Origin: Heteronotia binoei
Lineage: Eukaryota
Direction: 5' to 3'
DNA length: 64,000 nucleotides
Assembly: GCF_032191835.1 (NCBI RefSeq)
Contig: NC_083229.1
Span: 87,296,001 to 87,360,000 of the forward strand
The position numbers were made by a program, and so were the translations under genes. The notes under the pieces were generated by a model. The model did no database searches and had not been told where the DNA came from. It worked only from the letters and a program-made list of their open reading frames with translations. Of this stretch, positions 23,302-36,967 are shown piece after piece (position 1 is the first letter of the stretch; each line of letters opens with the position of its first letter).

Positions 23302-25160
23302 GTAGGCCTTCTCATTATCAAACCCATTCTTGTATTGACAGTTGACCTTGATAGAGGCAGTTGTGACTTTCAATTGCTATCATAATGGACTTGTCACCAG
23401 AAGCAATAGATTTATTATAGATTTCTAAAAAATTTAAGAGTTGAGGCTCTTACAAATTCATTCATGTTCCAAGAAGCATGGAAATTAATTTTTGCACAGT
23501 GTAAGCACTAAAGAGAATGTGTGGTCTCATTTGTTGTGCTTGCTTAGTTCAACTGCACGCGCAATACTTACGTCATTCTGTTGCTTCTCCAGTTTTCTTC
23601 CTTTTGCAAATTGGGTTAACACAGAATCTGAGGTTAGATTTCATTCTGTCAGGATGATGATCTCAATTTTAGAAGGAGTAGAATTCTCCCAGAATACAGC
23701 TAGGCTTTGGCAATAGTGCCAAGCTACTGCAACTGTATACTGAGATGGGTCATAGGGGAAGGGCCAGGCTTTTTAAAAACATTTTATATCCCACATTCAT
23801 TCCAAGCTCAAAGAGGCTTACAATATATTTGAAATATCAAATAGCCTTCCAACAGCAAATATTAATACCACACTTCCCATTAATATAGCCCAAAGCCCAT
23901 CAACAAAGTATAGAACTATGCTGAATAAATCTAGAGAAGTCCTTTGAAAAAAATCATTTGTTGTCTTACATAACTTCTGAAACCTGGGCAGTGAAGATTC
24001 TTTCCATACTCCCTCTGGGAACTATTCAAAAGAATAGCACATCAACAGGAAAAGCATGAGATGTTTCCAAGGAGAATTGAACCTGGCAGAACAAAGGACC
24101 GACAAGCAATGGTTTTGGGGAGGCACTCCATGTGCATGGGCTAATAAAAGGAGAGTCAGATGTTCTTGATGATTGGGCTTGCCGAAACAAAGAACAGGAT
24201 TTAGAAAAGTGAAGGTTCCAGAAGTTTCATGGTCTATTGAATTAATCTGGAAAAGCTTCACAGCCAAGCAGTCAAGGGAAATCCATTTAATTTAAAATTT
24301 TCATTTTTAAATTCAATTCAAGTTGAATTAAAATTAGGCAAACACAAGTTTATTGTTTGAATATGGTAGAAAATATATTTTACTTCCATGGTTAGAAAAA
24401 TGAATTGGTTGGTTAAGCTCTTGCGGGGGATAATCTGTGAACATTATGGAGTCAAGATTTACAGCCTAACAACACTTCCATGTATAAGAATTATAAATTT
24501 TTAAACCCTTTCCTTTAGCTGTTATGGCACCTGGTGACTCACCTTGGGTTAAGTTTCAGTTCTTGCAAACTGAACTGCCCTTGCAAGGTGTTAACTGCTC
24601 TTAATGCTCTTAAGTGCTCTCAGGTATACACTCCCCATGCTTTCCCTATCTCCACCAGTGGTACATAGTTTCAGCTCATGCATAGCTAAATTAGAGCTGC
24701 TGAGCTGTCTTGCTTTTGCAACATACTGTTTAATAAGAGGATTTTCTTGCTTACACAGCTTATTTTCAGTCACACAATTGAGATTTTTATACTGTGGTGG
24801 CAGCTCCTGATGGAACAGTGTATTTTGTTTTGTTTTTAAATCTGCATAGCCATTTAGAAGTCCTGCTGGGCAAAAATCCCACCAGGCCTTGCCCACTTTT
24901 AAAACATACTTGGCGGGTACCCGAAGAAGTGTTGGCAAGGTGCCACATTGGGAACCCTGGTTTAGAATGTGGTTGCTGTTGACCCCACTAGCTCTCATGA
25001 TAGGTTTGTATTAACAAAGAATAAAAATATATTTTAATTTTCATCTGATCAAATTACTTTTTCCCAGCTGTCACTTAGCTGGGGTATATAGCTGATTAAT
25101 GTTTTTTGTTGCTGATGTTTTTGTTCTTTAAGAAGAAAGTGGGTTAAAACTAGAAAGTAA

Positions 25161-25358
<198 letters not shown>

Positions 25359-26374
25359 TGACAGTATTTTTTCCTTCCCCATAGCAGTTAAAGTTTCCAT
25401 GTTGCAGCTTGCTTTAGCTGAAGTGACAGAACGTGTGGCTTGTTCAGGCTTGGCTAGGGTGCTGTGCTGTCCCTAGGAGAAAAGAGAGAGTTGTCCACCC
25501 CTTCCATCCTGCTAGAAGAATGTAGGTCTAGTCCAGAGTTGTGTGGGTCCAGAGTCTGTAATTCTGATTGAAGAGAGTATTTTTAGTCTGTGTAAGGAGT
25601 AAAGAGGGAAAAGGCTGACTTTCATCTTCTAGCAGCTTGACACATGTTCCTTCATGTTGCACTGTTATCATGAACAAGGGATAAATAAGCCGTGCAGTAA
25701 CACAGGCAGCTGCTGCCAGTTGGTAAAGATTGAATCCCTAGGCCTGAGCACAGCATTACTGAGAACCTTTGTGCCCTGCCCTGTCTAATGAAAAGTCAAG
25801 TGTGCCAGCAGAACATTTGATCTGGTGAAACAGTGATCTTGAGTCCTGATATCACACTCGTCATGCTTGTACAGCTTCTGTTGGGATGGTAATAGCGTTA
25901 CCCATTGCACTGGATGAGCATTCTTCTTGTGGGAAAGCTTTTGGTTTCTGGCTTCTAGTTTCACAGCCTGCCATGTGACCTTTTTGCCATGGCTGCCTTG
26001 CAGACTTCTGTTGTGTTTAGCTGTTGCTTTATCAGACTGTTGGTTTTCTTTGCTCAATCACTTTGTTTTCAAAGATGCGGAAGCTTCTCAAATTGCCATC
26101 ATATGTAAATCAGCCAGTCTGCTAGTTAGAACCCACAGCCTGCTTGTTCCTGGAAAATCAAAAGCAGCTGCACTAATTTAACCACCATCTGTCACAGAAA
26201 GAATGACTATTAATATAGCCAGCTAACATTGCTCTAGGAAATGTGAAAATCTCAGATCTTCTCTCAGCATAGCTATGGGTGAAAAACTATATAGACAGCT
26301 ATTTATATACCATTGCATTTCATTATATGATTCTCTGTGACAGCACTCATTGATCAAGGTTCATTTCATTGCAG

Positions 26375-26482
26375 GAGTGTGAGACAAAGATTGCCCGGGA
26401 GATTGCCAGCCTTTCAAAGGAGGATGTGTCCAAAGAGGAAATGAATGAGAATGAAGAAGTTATTAATATTCTGCTTGCTCAG
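26375..26482 (+). CDS. RALBP1: RALBP1 coding exon 6 (ECETKIAREIASLSKEDVSKEEMNENEEVINILLAQ)
   Basis: Not in the ORF track; translated by hand. Acceptor gcAG, donor CAG|GTAGCT. 108 nt. Confidence 0.95.
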
Positions 26483-27047
26483 GTAGCTCCAATTTTCAAT
26501 TCAATTTCCTTTTGACTTTTTCCCTATTCTGCCTTCCTTCGTTGGCCGACCATAAGGCAGTGAGTGAATGCAGCCAATGTGTTTTGGAGATAAACTAAGG
26601 CAGCTCATAGCTGGAAAAGGCCTTTATCTGTTAGTGGTATGAATTATTTGAAAGCAGTTTCGTTGACAGCTGCCTCATGTCCTATGTCACCTGAATAGCA
26701 AGGGGGGTGGTGAGATAATGTCAGTTTTGATCTAGTCTGTGATGTGTCTTTTCCAGTTAAGCTGGCCAACAGCCTGGATAACAGTCTTGTCCCTTTCATA
26801 AAGGCTTAATGCACTTATCAGATGGTATTTACCTTCATGCCATGAAAAACTTTAGCTGCCCACTGCCATATATAGCAAGCCTATATTAAAGGGACAGGGC
26901 ATTTTCCTCCAGGCCTAGGGGCAACCCAACCCACACAGCAACCATTTGTCTCTTCTGCCCTCCCCCCCCCCCCGCCCCGCCAGTGATTGCAGTGTGATGT
27001 CTCTAGTCAGGAGACACTGAAATAATCTTTTTCTTCTTTCTTTTTAG

Positions 27048-27169
27048 GAGAATGAGATTTTGACAGAACAAGAAGAATTACTGGCAATGGAGCAGTTTTT
27101 GCGCAGACAAATAGCCTCTGAAAAGGAGGAGATAGATCGCCTCAGGGCAGAAATAGCAGAAATTCAAAG
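27048..27169 (+). CDS. RALBP1: RALBP1 coding exon 7 (ENEILTEQEELLAMEQFLRRQIASEKEEIDRLRAEIAEIQ)
   Basis: Not in the ORF track in this frame. Strong pyrimidine tract, donor AG|GTATTG, phase 2. Confidence 0.95.
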
Positions 27170-27479
27170 GTATTGCAGGCACAGTCTCTGGCTGAATTTT
27201 GAAGAAACTTTTTAAAATAATCAAATGGTAGTTCCACTTGAGGGCAGTTGAAAGAAAACCTGAATTGCATTGCAACTTTTAGCTGGTTTCTGTCAGATCA
27301 TCCTAAGATGGTCCAGTTGGTGTTGAAATCTAGCTAAAATTCAGTGGTCTTACTAGATAGTTCAGTCATTTTCTTTCTCATCAACAGTTTCTTTTAGGGG
27401 TTTTTTTTAGGGGGATGGGTTTGTTCTGTAAGTAGCAGTAACTCGCTAGGTAGTTTAGCTCCTTGAAAAGATGATTGCT

Positions 27480-27593
27480 TTGTGAGAGTATACTCATATA
27501 GTCAATGTTCTCAGATATCTATTTAAGCAGGCCTGCCTTGTGAGAGTATACTCATATAGTCAATGTTCTCAGATATCTATTAAGCAGGCCTGC
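27480..27593. repeat. 58-bp tandem duplication (2 copies) in a RALBP1 intron
   Basis: TTGTGAGAGTATACTCATATAGTCAATGTTCTCAGATATCTAT(T)TAAGCAGGCCTGC occurs twice, differing by one T. Confidence 0.9.
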
Positions 27594-27980
27594 ACAAGCA
27601 CTCTCCTGATTTGCTTCCCTGGCATGGTCTCCCCAGCAAGGGACAGAGGAAACACCTTTGAAACTCATCTTTGGCAGCAGCAAGGGAGAAAATGTTCACG
27701 TTCTCCTGTGCCAACCTGGCAACATCCAAGGCAGGCTGCAGAGATAGACCCCTAGTAGTGGTACAGAATGCATGACAGCCACAAGCCACTCCTGTTGCAT
27801 CTTCTGAAAGAATAACTGCCAGTTTGGCACCCCAAATGCCTACTTGGGTTGTACTAGCCTTGTGTTTAAATACATGGAGTTGTTTTCCAGAGTGTGGTCT
27901 TTGTGAGATTTCAAGACTGTTATTAGAACAGACCAACCTAATAGCATTGTATGCTACAAATGTGTGTTTGTCCATTTTAG

Positions 27981-28101
27981 CCGCCAGCATGGTCGAAGCG
28001 AAACCGAGGAATATTCTTCTGAAAGTGAGAGTGAAAGTGAAGATGAGGAAGAGCTACAGATAATCTTGGAAGACTTGCAAAGACAGAATGAAGAGCTAGA
28101 G
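27981..28101 (+). CDS. RALBP1: RALBP1 coding exon 8 (SRQHGRSETEEYSSESESESEDEEELQIILEDLQRQNEELE)
   Basis: Acceptor tttAG at 27980 (AG|C=Ser), donor GAG|GTGAAA. Confidence 0.95.
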
Positions 28102-29971
28102 GTGAAATTTCATTCTTGTGTAATATATATTCATTGACTGTTTCATGGGACAGGGAGTGAAGTGGTATTTAATCCAAGTATGGCAGCACTTGTTAGCAAG
28201 TGTATGGCAGGTTTCTGTGCATTCACAAAACAGCCCTAGATGCTAAGGCTTCTTCCTTTTCTTAATGCTGGTTCTGTTAGTAGCTTCTTTTCCTCCCCTA
28301 ACTTTTTCCGGTTTAAGGATAGAAGAATTTTGGTGTAGAAGTGTATTGGAGTAAAGTAGCACTTTGAATTACAGTTTCTTGTTTGGTAAATGTAAGTTTT
28401 CTTTCCATTGCAAATTTCTTTATCTATGGTGCTGTAGGAGTAGCAGTTTTCAGGCTTTAGATGAAACAACGGTTAAAAACTTTTTACTGGTTGCTGCCTG
28501 TTTTAAATGCACTGTGGAAGAAGAATGAGAAATAGAATAAAATCAACACTATGGTGGCAGCTGCAATTGAAATAATTTTTTAAAAAAATATTTGCACAGC
28601 CAATCAAATCTTCAGTAGCCAATTAGATGCCCTGCTGGGTAAAGGCCCCATCTGGCCACACCCCATTTGTAAAAACACTCAGGGACCAAAAAATGTGTTG
28701 TGGGTGCTAGGTTGGGGACCCCTGACATAGAGTTTCCAGAGTGTGAGTTGACATCCTGTCTGGGTTTTCCCCTGGATATGATGTCAACACATTGCCTGAT
28801 CTCATGCTCTCCTTGACTCCCCCCCCCTCATTTCTCCTGCCAACCAAGATGCAGGGGCAGGTGGGAGGATGAGGCAGCCTGGAGATCCCACTGCCTGATG
28901 TGGGCAAGTGGCATGCCTGCTCTCACCACAAAGGTATTTCTGAATCTTTTGTCCACTTTAAAGATGAAGCAAAAAATATATATGATCTACTTAAGGATTG
29001 CAGTAATATAAAGATATTAGTACTGTAAACTAGGATTATATTGCTCTTCCCAGAGCAGAAAAATTGATTCTGTTTCCCTATGGTGATTAAAGCTCTTCCA
29101 CCAAACATCTTGTCAAGTCTTCCCATCCAAGAAGCATGATCATCTCCAGGTTTTAGTGAGTCCCTAGGCAAGGGACCTGTAGCATGTTTTCCACAGTTGG
29201 GGAGTCCTGCTCTTCCCCCTAATCTGTAATGTTGCTTTGATCTTTTAGCTGGGCTTCCAAGTGCTAGGAAAAAAGGTGACATTCTGTTATAACTGGAACA
29301 GGCTAGCTGCCTGAATGCAAGAGAAGACTGTATAACAACACAGACTTTAAACCCTAGGGATAGCATACCACTTGCATTATTGCTGTAATCCCTAACCCAG
29401 ATGCCCCACTAGTCTTTCAAGCAGGGAAAACAGCAGGGAGTGATTAGGGATTGCCTCTGGTTTGACAACTGGTCTGGAGAGCTCTTGAAGTGTTCATGTG
29501 AGTCCCAGATCTCTGCCTAAACAAAAGGATTTACAGATGGGCATTTAAAATGTGTGCTGTTGATAGACAACCTAAGTGTCCACCAGTAAATCCATGTGAG
29601 TGATAGGTGCTCCTCACTAGTAGATATTTATTAACTGGATAAATCTATATGCTGCAGATGCTTGGCTTTAGCACACACAGTATTTGTTCAAAACGGCAAT
29701 AGTTAAACATTACAAAGCCCTCTTTAAAAGACATGGAATTAGGAGGGTGTTCAAAGGTGCTGTTGATATCTTGTTTATAAATTTTTGTTCCTCCTGGAAC
29801 TGGATCTTTCTTGGCCTTATTTTTAATCTTTTGCCCTCCCACGCACACACTTGTCTCCCTTCCCAGGAAGAGCGACACTGAGCAATATCTTATTAATGAT
29901 TCATTAGCTACATAAGTGGCTGTTTGATTGCCACTAAAGTGACCCTTTTCTTCTCCTTGTGCTGGATACAG

Positions 29972-30247
29972 ATTAAGAACAATCATCTGAACCAAGCAAT
30001 TCATGAAGAGCGGGAAGCCATCATTGAGTTGCGAGTGCAGCTTCGGCTTTTGCAGATGCAGCGAGCAAAATCAGAGCAGCAGGTGCAGGAAGAAGAAGAG
30101 TTTGAGAAACGGGGAAGCACATTGCAGCAGCCACTGCCAAGAGACTCTGTCCCCTCAGAGACAAAAGCAGCAAAAGAACAGCCAAAGGCAACCAAGGAGC
30201 CCGTGAAGCCATCGCCAAGCAAAGACAGAAAGGAAACGCCAATTTAA
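29972..30247 (+). CDS. RALBP1: RALBP1 final coding exon (IKNNHLNQAIHEERE...KDRKETPI*)
   Basis: Acceptor acAG at 29971, TAA at 30245-30247. Total spliced CDS is 1959 nt. Confidence 0.97.
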   Translation: MKNNHLNQAIHEEREAIIELRVQLRLLQMQRAKSEQQVQEEEEFEKRGSTLQQPLPRDSVPSETKAAKEQPKATKEPVKPSPSKDRKETPI

Positions 30248-32600
30248 TTGGATTCCTCAGGTATTCAGAATATCCCCTGGGTAAAGCCAGGACTGTGCAA
30301 CTTACTGTAAATCTGAGGTGTGTATATTCTGTAAATAATCTTCTTTTACACTATGGAGACATTTTGTCTTCTTCCTACCTGTGGCTTCTGCCTATCAGGC
30401 TCAGGTTACTTGGAAGGATAAAGCAATTTTAGGTGGGTCATGAGGAGAGGGGGAAGGGGTGCAGCACAGCAGTTACTTGGCCATGTCATAAATTGGGTTT
30501 CAGGTGACCTTAAAGGTCTCAGTGGAAGTAACAGTAGGTTACTCACTCTGGAACAGTCCCAGAAATTCTCTTGTGCATTATCAGCCTGAGGCCTACTTCA
30601 TCCCAAACATCTTGCTTCTGGGGGGAAACCTCTGTACATGCCATGTGTAGATCATATGAGCGTCTTTTTGGCTGCATGCACACACATTGGGAAGACTCTA
30701 TTGGAAGCGGCAAAATAGATACAGTTGGGCAGAAATCCATTGTAACAGAGGTCTTGCTTCCCCCGTGCCTGTATAGGTAAAAAGGTTACATGTGAAGTGG
30801 TCCTTCGGCACTGGGGTTTGGAAATGCAACTCATAACCATAAATTTACTTGCCTTGTGAATTTCTTTGCTCTCTCTCTCTCACAAATTCTGCTTTTATTC
30901 ACTCTTGTGTGTGCCTTTGGTACCGATTATATACAAAGGAGCTTTAAAAGTAGATAGGTCTGAGCAACTGAAAAGTTCTTCAAGTGGAAAACATTAGTGT
31001 TATATAACATGTTCCCCTTCTTGTCTAACATTCTTAAAACTAGAGTGAAGATGCATGTAAAAGCATGCATATGAGAATGAGTATGTCCCCATTTAAAAAA
31101 AAAACAAAGAGCTGTTAAACCTCAACAATGCACTTACTAATAGCTTAACTAGGGAAAGAAACATAATTCTACTGGGTCTGTATTTTCACTGCCAAGTGTA
31201 TAGCAAACAGCCTCTTAATGCAGACTTAAAGTTTGATTTTGAAGTTGATTCCTATGATACTTAAAGCCCTGTGGATAAGGATTTGGTGACTAAAGAAAGT
31301 GGACCCATATTTCTTGCTTTGGGAAGACTTTGTTTCCATGAACAGGTAATATATTTCTCAAAAAGTTAAAGCTACCCATGAGCTCTGCAGGTGCTGGACA
31401 GAGGATTCCTGTTGGGACGTGATCCATTGTTCATATGAGTGTAAAGGTGACTAAGCAGAGGCTCTTGTCACACACATTGAACTCCTCCTCCTCTGCCACG
31501 TGGTCTGTCCTTTTCAACAGAGAGTGCAATATGATGTGCAGATCCCTTTGTATGCACCAGGATGGTGAGACAGGCTATGTATGCATCTGTAAGTGTATGC
31601 AAGGCTCCCCCCCCCATATGGTGACAGGATCCCTGTTGCTGCCTCTTCCCCCTCCTCCCCAATTCTGTAGTACAGTGCAGAGCAACCTTTTGCCTGCATA
31701 GGTGTGATGAGATGGGTTCAACAACAGCCTTCTGTGTGATTCTTCAGTGTTGCCAGCAATTCATTGTCAGGGTCCTCTTCGTCTTTCCACAGCACCCATA
31801 TTTTTAATGCCCAGTTTTATTGAGTTAGATCTCTCATATCAATAATACTTAATGGAACTTTGCAGGGTGTTTATCAGATTTTTGTTTCTAGTCTGCATAT
31901 TTATTTTTCAGTGTGGTTGTTGTCTTTGCCTATTGCACTGTTGTGAATCATTGGCCATGATTTAATTTTTTGTACAAATGATGTTTTGAGATATGTTACA
32001 GAGTACAGCATATTTTTTTAAACCTTGAAGAAAAATGTATATGGGGAGTAGCTGGATGATGGCTGTGTGTGCATCAAGCATTTGCCCTAGCCTGTTACAT
32101 ACATTTTATATTTGCTGGCAGTATTTAAACTTTTTTTGTTTCCATTCACACTAATTTCTATTAAGCTGTCAAACTTTTATATAATCAATGTTCATCAAAC
32201 CAATCTCTTGCTATTGGTTAACTTCTGTTTTGTCAAGAACATGTTAATCAAGTAAATGAATTCAACAGCCATCTGCAAATTGTTTCATTAATTTTGCTAT
32301 GGAATTCATTATGTAAAGAACACTATTTCTTTACTCAGTTACAGAAGTTATTGTGCACAGTAATGCTGATATTGCTGATTCCATGTTGAAAAGGATACTC
32401 TGATTCATTTTCTTTCCCCCCATAACTCGTGCTGAGTCATTGACCAGCAACTTAAATGATTATCTCTTTCTTTAGCCCCTTGAAGATGTAGAATCTCTAG
32501 TTTGATTTAAAAAAAAATCAGATACACATTGGACTGTATTGCTGCTTACAGCCACATTTACTGGAAAAATCCAGAATATTTATTAAACATTTTACATTTG
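30248..32600 (+). other. RALBP1: Probable RALBP1 3'-UTR (end uncertain)
   Basis: Repeat-poor AU-rich sequence after the stop. Candidate ATTAAA signal at 32582-32587. The true end needs transcript data. Confidence 0.45.
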
Positions 32601-32725
32601 CTTAAAAGACTAAAAAGAACATGACTGTATTCTTTAGCAGAGTACTTTTTCACATGTGAAATAAGAAGCTATTGGGGTTATGACAAATGGTCCTGTATAT
32701 GAACGTGATGGGGGTGAATTTTAAT

Positions 32726-33430
32726 TAGGGATGGGTATGAACTGAAGGTTCATCATGCTTTGTGGAGTCTCACAAACCTTATTTACTGAGGTTCATGATG
32801 CAGTAGAATGCCCCCTCCCTCATGGGCTAGAGATGCCAAACTCACAATGAATCTCCAACTGACTCTCCTCTATCTGCCCTCCAAGTTTGGTGAGGATTGG
32901 ATTTAGAGGGCTGAGTTACAGCCCCTGAAAGCAGGTGCCCCAGGAAAGTGCTTTCTGGGGAATCACAGTCACAGGTTCAAGAGAATGTCAAATGGACCCC
33001 CTGCAAGCTAGAGGCATCAAACTCACAGAGGACTTCCTTGGGATGCCCTTCTATCTGCCCTCCCAAGTTTGGTGAGGATTGGCTGGGGGGTGGGGAGGCG
33101 CTTCCTTCTCATAGATATTGTTGCTGCAGATCATTGATCCCTCTCCTCTGGCCTGGGGGGCAGTGTCTGCCCACCTCTTCCTGAAGGATCCTAGAATCCA
33201 AAGTGCAAAAGGGGGGATCCAACAGGAGGTCTGGTGCAAGAGGTGGGGATAGAAAACTGAAACAAGAAGCAAGCACAGGAAGGGCAGCTGATGTTAAGCT
33301 GGGATGGGAGGTAGGGTTTGCCCAGAGGCATGGAAGTTGAGGATCTAAGGAGTGGGGGAGAAATTGAGGGTTCAGAAATCACACTGAGGGAGAGTGTGGG
33401 TGTCCTGAGTCCTGGCTGAGCCCCTTTGCT
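32726..33430. mobile_element. Truncated relic of the TAGGGATGGGCA hAT family
   Basis: Starts TAGGGATGGGTATGAAC (cf. 50733 TAGGGATGGGCATGAAC). Repeated CCAAGTTTGGTGAGGATTGG motif resembles CCAAACTTGG in the subterminal region near 53760. Right end not identified. Confidence 0.5.
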
Positions 33431-35029
33431 TGGCTAGAGCAGAAGGAAGGTGACTCAGAGCCCTGAATAAGCACCAAACTGAGGAATGACTTTCAGTTCC
33501 CTTTCCTCTCTGCCTCTAACTCTCTCTCCTTAACTTCCTGCTGCAAAGTAAAAACAGCGTGTGAGTTGGGGGTATCCATTCTGCTCCCATAGAACAAAAT
33601 GGGAGTTCTCTTGTTGGCAGTCAGCACTACCTGCTGAGCATTAGAAGCCACTATTGGTGTTTCCCAAGGTTGCAGAAGTCTCTCCCTCCCCAGCTGCTTT
33701 GACCATTAATTGATCAGCACCAATATGCCTACCACATGAAGTACTGACATGAACTGCACAAACCTTTATGAAAACCATGGAGGTTGCAGACACAATCGCA
33801 TGACCCTCTGCTCACAAACTGGGTGGTTGTTGTGATGAGGCTCCTGCCCATACTTAATTTTAACTAGCATTTGTATTGGTTGGTTTGGGGGGGGCAGTTG
33901 TAGGTGAAAAACAGGCTGGCTGTATAAATACTGATAAATTTTCATGAGGCCAAAGATCTCTTACCATAGAAAGGGCAGAAGCCCTGTAGCCAGAAATACC
34001 TAAATACCAGTGAAATAATTTGTTTCCACCCCCATTTTCCTCTTAAAACTTCATCACCAACCCTTATCCAATGTGGAATGATAGTCAAGAATGGGTCACC
34101 TTCTGTTGTCCAATGCAAAGGTGGAAGATAATGGTAACTTAGATCTCTATGGGGCAGGTACTGTCAGGGAAGGAGATGTCTACACAAGAAGGGCAAATAT
34201 TCTCTTGTAAGTCAGAAGTCCTAACCCATTTTCCTCCCTAGAGTAGAAGAACCTATAAGTTGATTAAATGAATAGCTCAAAATGACATTTTCTACAAGGA
34301 CACTTTTCCCACTTGTCTTGAGGTCTTTCTCTCCTAATGACAACAAAGCAAATATAACAATTCAGTACTGCAAAGAACTGTTTCCCCCAAAAAACTCAAG
34401 TCAAGTTATAGGAACTGGGAAGGGTATTCACACAATACTCAACAGCCAACATTCTTAATTATTAGCAATATGTTCTACCCTAATAAGAAACTACTTTGCT
34501 ACACAGACAATATTGAAATAACATTGCTCACTTGGACTCTTGGATAGCTACTCATGATCATATTGAACTAGGAGAACTTAAAGAGAGTCTAAAATAGTGC
34601 ACCTAGTTAGTGTTGAGAGAATAGTATTCCTTTGAAGAAAATTCATGGAAAAGACGTAACCACCAGAGAGCACAGTAGCAGCTGGTACAGGATATATCCA
34701 TTCTTGACCCCATTCCTCCAAGGATTCTGATCTCACTAACCTGATCCTAAGACCTCTGCTGCAGATAGGAACTCCAGGAGTGGTCACTATTTCCTTTCAT
34801 CCTCACCTACCAGTCCTGGTAGCCATCTCAGCAGTTCCCTTGCATGTGTCACTGACACAGCCTGCTCTGGTTGCACATAATCATGGCAGTCAGAGCCTTA
34901 TCCAGAATCTACATCCAGAAGGTCCATCTCTTTGTTAGTGCTCCTCCTTCCACAAGACTTTTTCAGCAAGAATCCCCCCACCCCACTTTCTAGGGAATCT
35001 GCATCTGGTATGAAGTTTGCCTCTGAACC

Positions 35030-36967
35030 TCTTCCCCACGCTAACCAGGTTTTATCGAACAAGGTTGATGCAAGAGTTATCAGACAACCCTGTGTTCCAC
35101 TCTCTGTGGTGCCCTTCCCATTTTCCTTTGATAAGCCCAGGAGACATGAATGACATGAATGCTCCCCACTCCACCCCTACTACAGAGAAGCATTTTCACC
35201 AGACATCCAAAAGACTGATTTGTTCCTTGAACTCACCTATTCCTTGTCTTTTCCAAACAAGGTGCTCCCCTTGGATCTTCCTCCTCTTAAGTTTTCACCA
35301 AACTGATAATCACCATTGTAGCATGCTTTAGATTTCAGGGTGTGTATGTATGTCTACCTCTACTTGGACAATATTTTGATTCAATTTAAGAGTCAAGGCC
35401 ATGCACTGAACAATCTAGAGATGAAATCAACAGCCCCATTATTCTGTTTCAAGCCATAGCCTACCTAGACAAAGCAACTGACACCTCAGCCCAGTGGCCT
35501 GCCTCATCAAACCTCATGCTCCTAGACTGAACTTCAGGCTTAATGATCTTGTGCCTTGACATGGTCCTCATACCCACTACAGTGGCTTCTCTGGCAGGAC
35601 AGCATTCTCAATGCCATCATATTCAGATCCCCATCCCTAGGGTTGCAGGAAGATCATTCTGTAGCAGCTAAAGGACATGAGCCATCAAAGAGGTGGACCT
35701 TTTCCAGATCTTCATGAATACACAAATTACTAGAGTCTTTTCAGATGTGGAACCCATTGTAGACATTAGGCTTAAGGCAAATGAATCATAATGGAAGCCA
35801 AGCACTGAATCAGTTTTCTGGAACTCCAGGCAACGTAACTTGCCCTCAAATTCCACAAGCTGGTGTCAGGAAAGCATATTCCTTTCCATATCCCAGTTGG
35901 AAGAGGCAAAGGGAGCCTTGGCAGCCCAGTGGCTCTCAGTAGGCCTACTCTACACCTTCTCTGTGGCTTTCTTAATAGCTACAACCCATGGACCATTCCC
36001 TCCTGCTCATTATGTCCTGATCCAGAGACAACTTCTCCATCCCATTCCAACATGGCTCCACCACTCTTCTTGGAGACAATGGAAATTCTCAGAGGACTGA
36101 GACTGCCAGAGGACCTAACGTTATGTAGGTAATGCTAGTATGATGACAGCCTTCAGCACTCAATTTATAAAATCTCCTGGATGACTTTCAGCAGATGGGA
36201 ATGCAAAAATCCTCAGAATCCTCCTTGCAAAGGAATTCAGTAAGTCCTCCACTTCCTTGTGGGTCTTGCACAGGGCTTTTGCCCCAACTCTGTCAACAGC
36301 CTATGGCACTGGTCACAGTGCTCCAAACATGTCTGTCCACCAACATTGCAAGCAGTTTCCCAAGGGAGTGACCTTTCACCCTCCCATGTGCCATTGGTTC
36401 CTAACCTTTCAAATTGCCTTTTGAGCTTCCCAAATCCAGTACTGAGTCCTTTGCTTCAGTGTAACCTTCCTAGTAGACCAAGGGGATTATCAGGGTTTCC
36501 TAACTCTTATCAGCCAAGAGCTTTGCTCTTTCCAAACAGACTTGTCCTTAGGACAAATCTTTCATCCAGAATGTCATTTTGGTCTTTAACAAGCACCCAG
36601 GCAGTGGGAATGGCACCAGCTGGAGATCAAGCAAACTCTAGAGCCATACATCAAGCACACAGCTGTTCTGCTGCACAGATATCCTGATTGTATCTCATAG
36701 CCCAGAAAACTTGGGCAAGAGAGTTTCTGGTCCCTTTTAGCCAGATGGATTGTTGTATGAGAGTCAGCATCTACCTACTCCCTCTGCCATCACAGCACTT
36801 TCCACCAGTGAAGCAACAACTTCAGCGACCCTCTCTACTAATGTTCCCTTTAAGAAGATTTACAAGGCAGATCTTCAGTTTCATCCTTTGTGAGACATAA
36901 GATGAACGTTTAAGTCTCGTCTGAGCAGGTGTTTGGCAGGATTCTCCAACAGGTTGTTTCCCAGTGA
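35030..36967 (+). pseudogene. Ancient, heavily decayed DIRS retrotransposon (RT, RNaseH/MT and tyrosine recombinase remnants)
   Basis: Hand translation across frameshifts gives VFTKLIITIVACFRFQGVYV (35291), YLDNILIQ (35361), QWLSVGLLYTF, EWHQLEIKQTLEPYIKHT (36608), LLYESQHLPTPSAITALSTSEATTSA (36750) and EQVFGRILQQVVSQ* (ends 36967). These are collinear with the DIRS copy at 60.9-63.7 kb. Confidence 0.7.

Noticed and set aside
30330-30337. Pumilio element TGTAAATA in the RALBP1 3'-UTR
   Set aside because: A single 8-mer in AT-rich sequence is expected by chance, and conservation cannot be assessed here.
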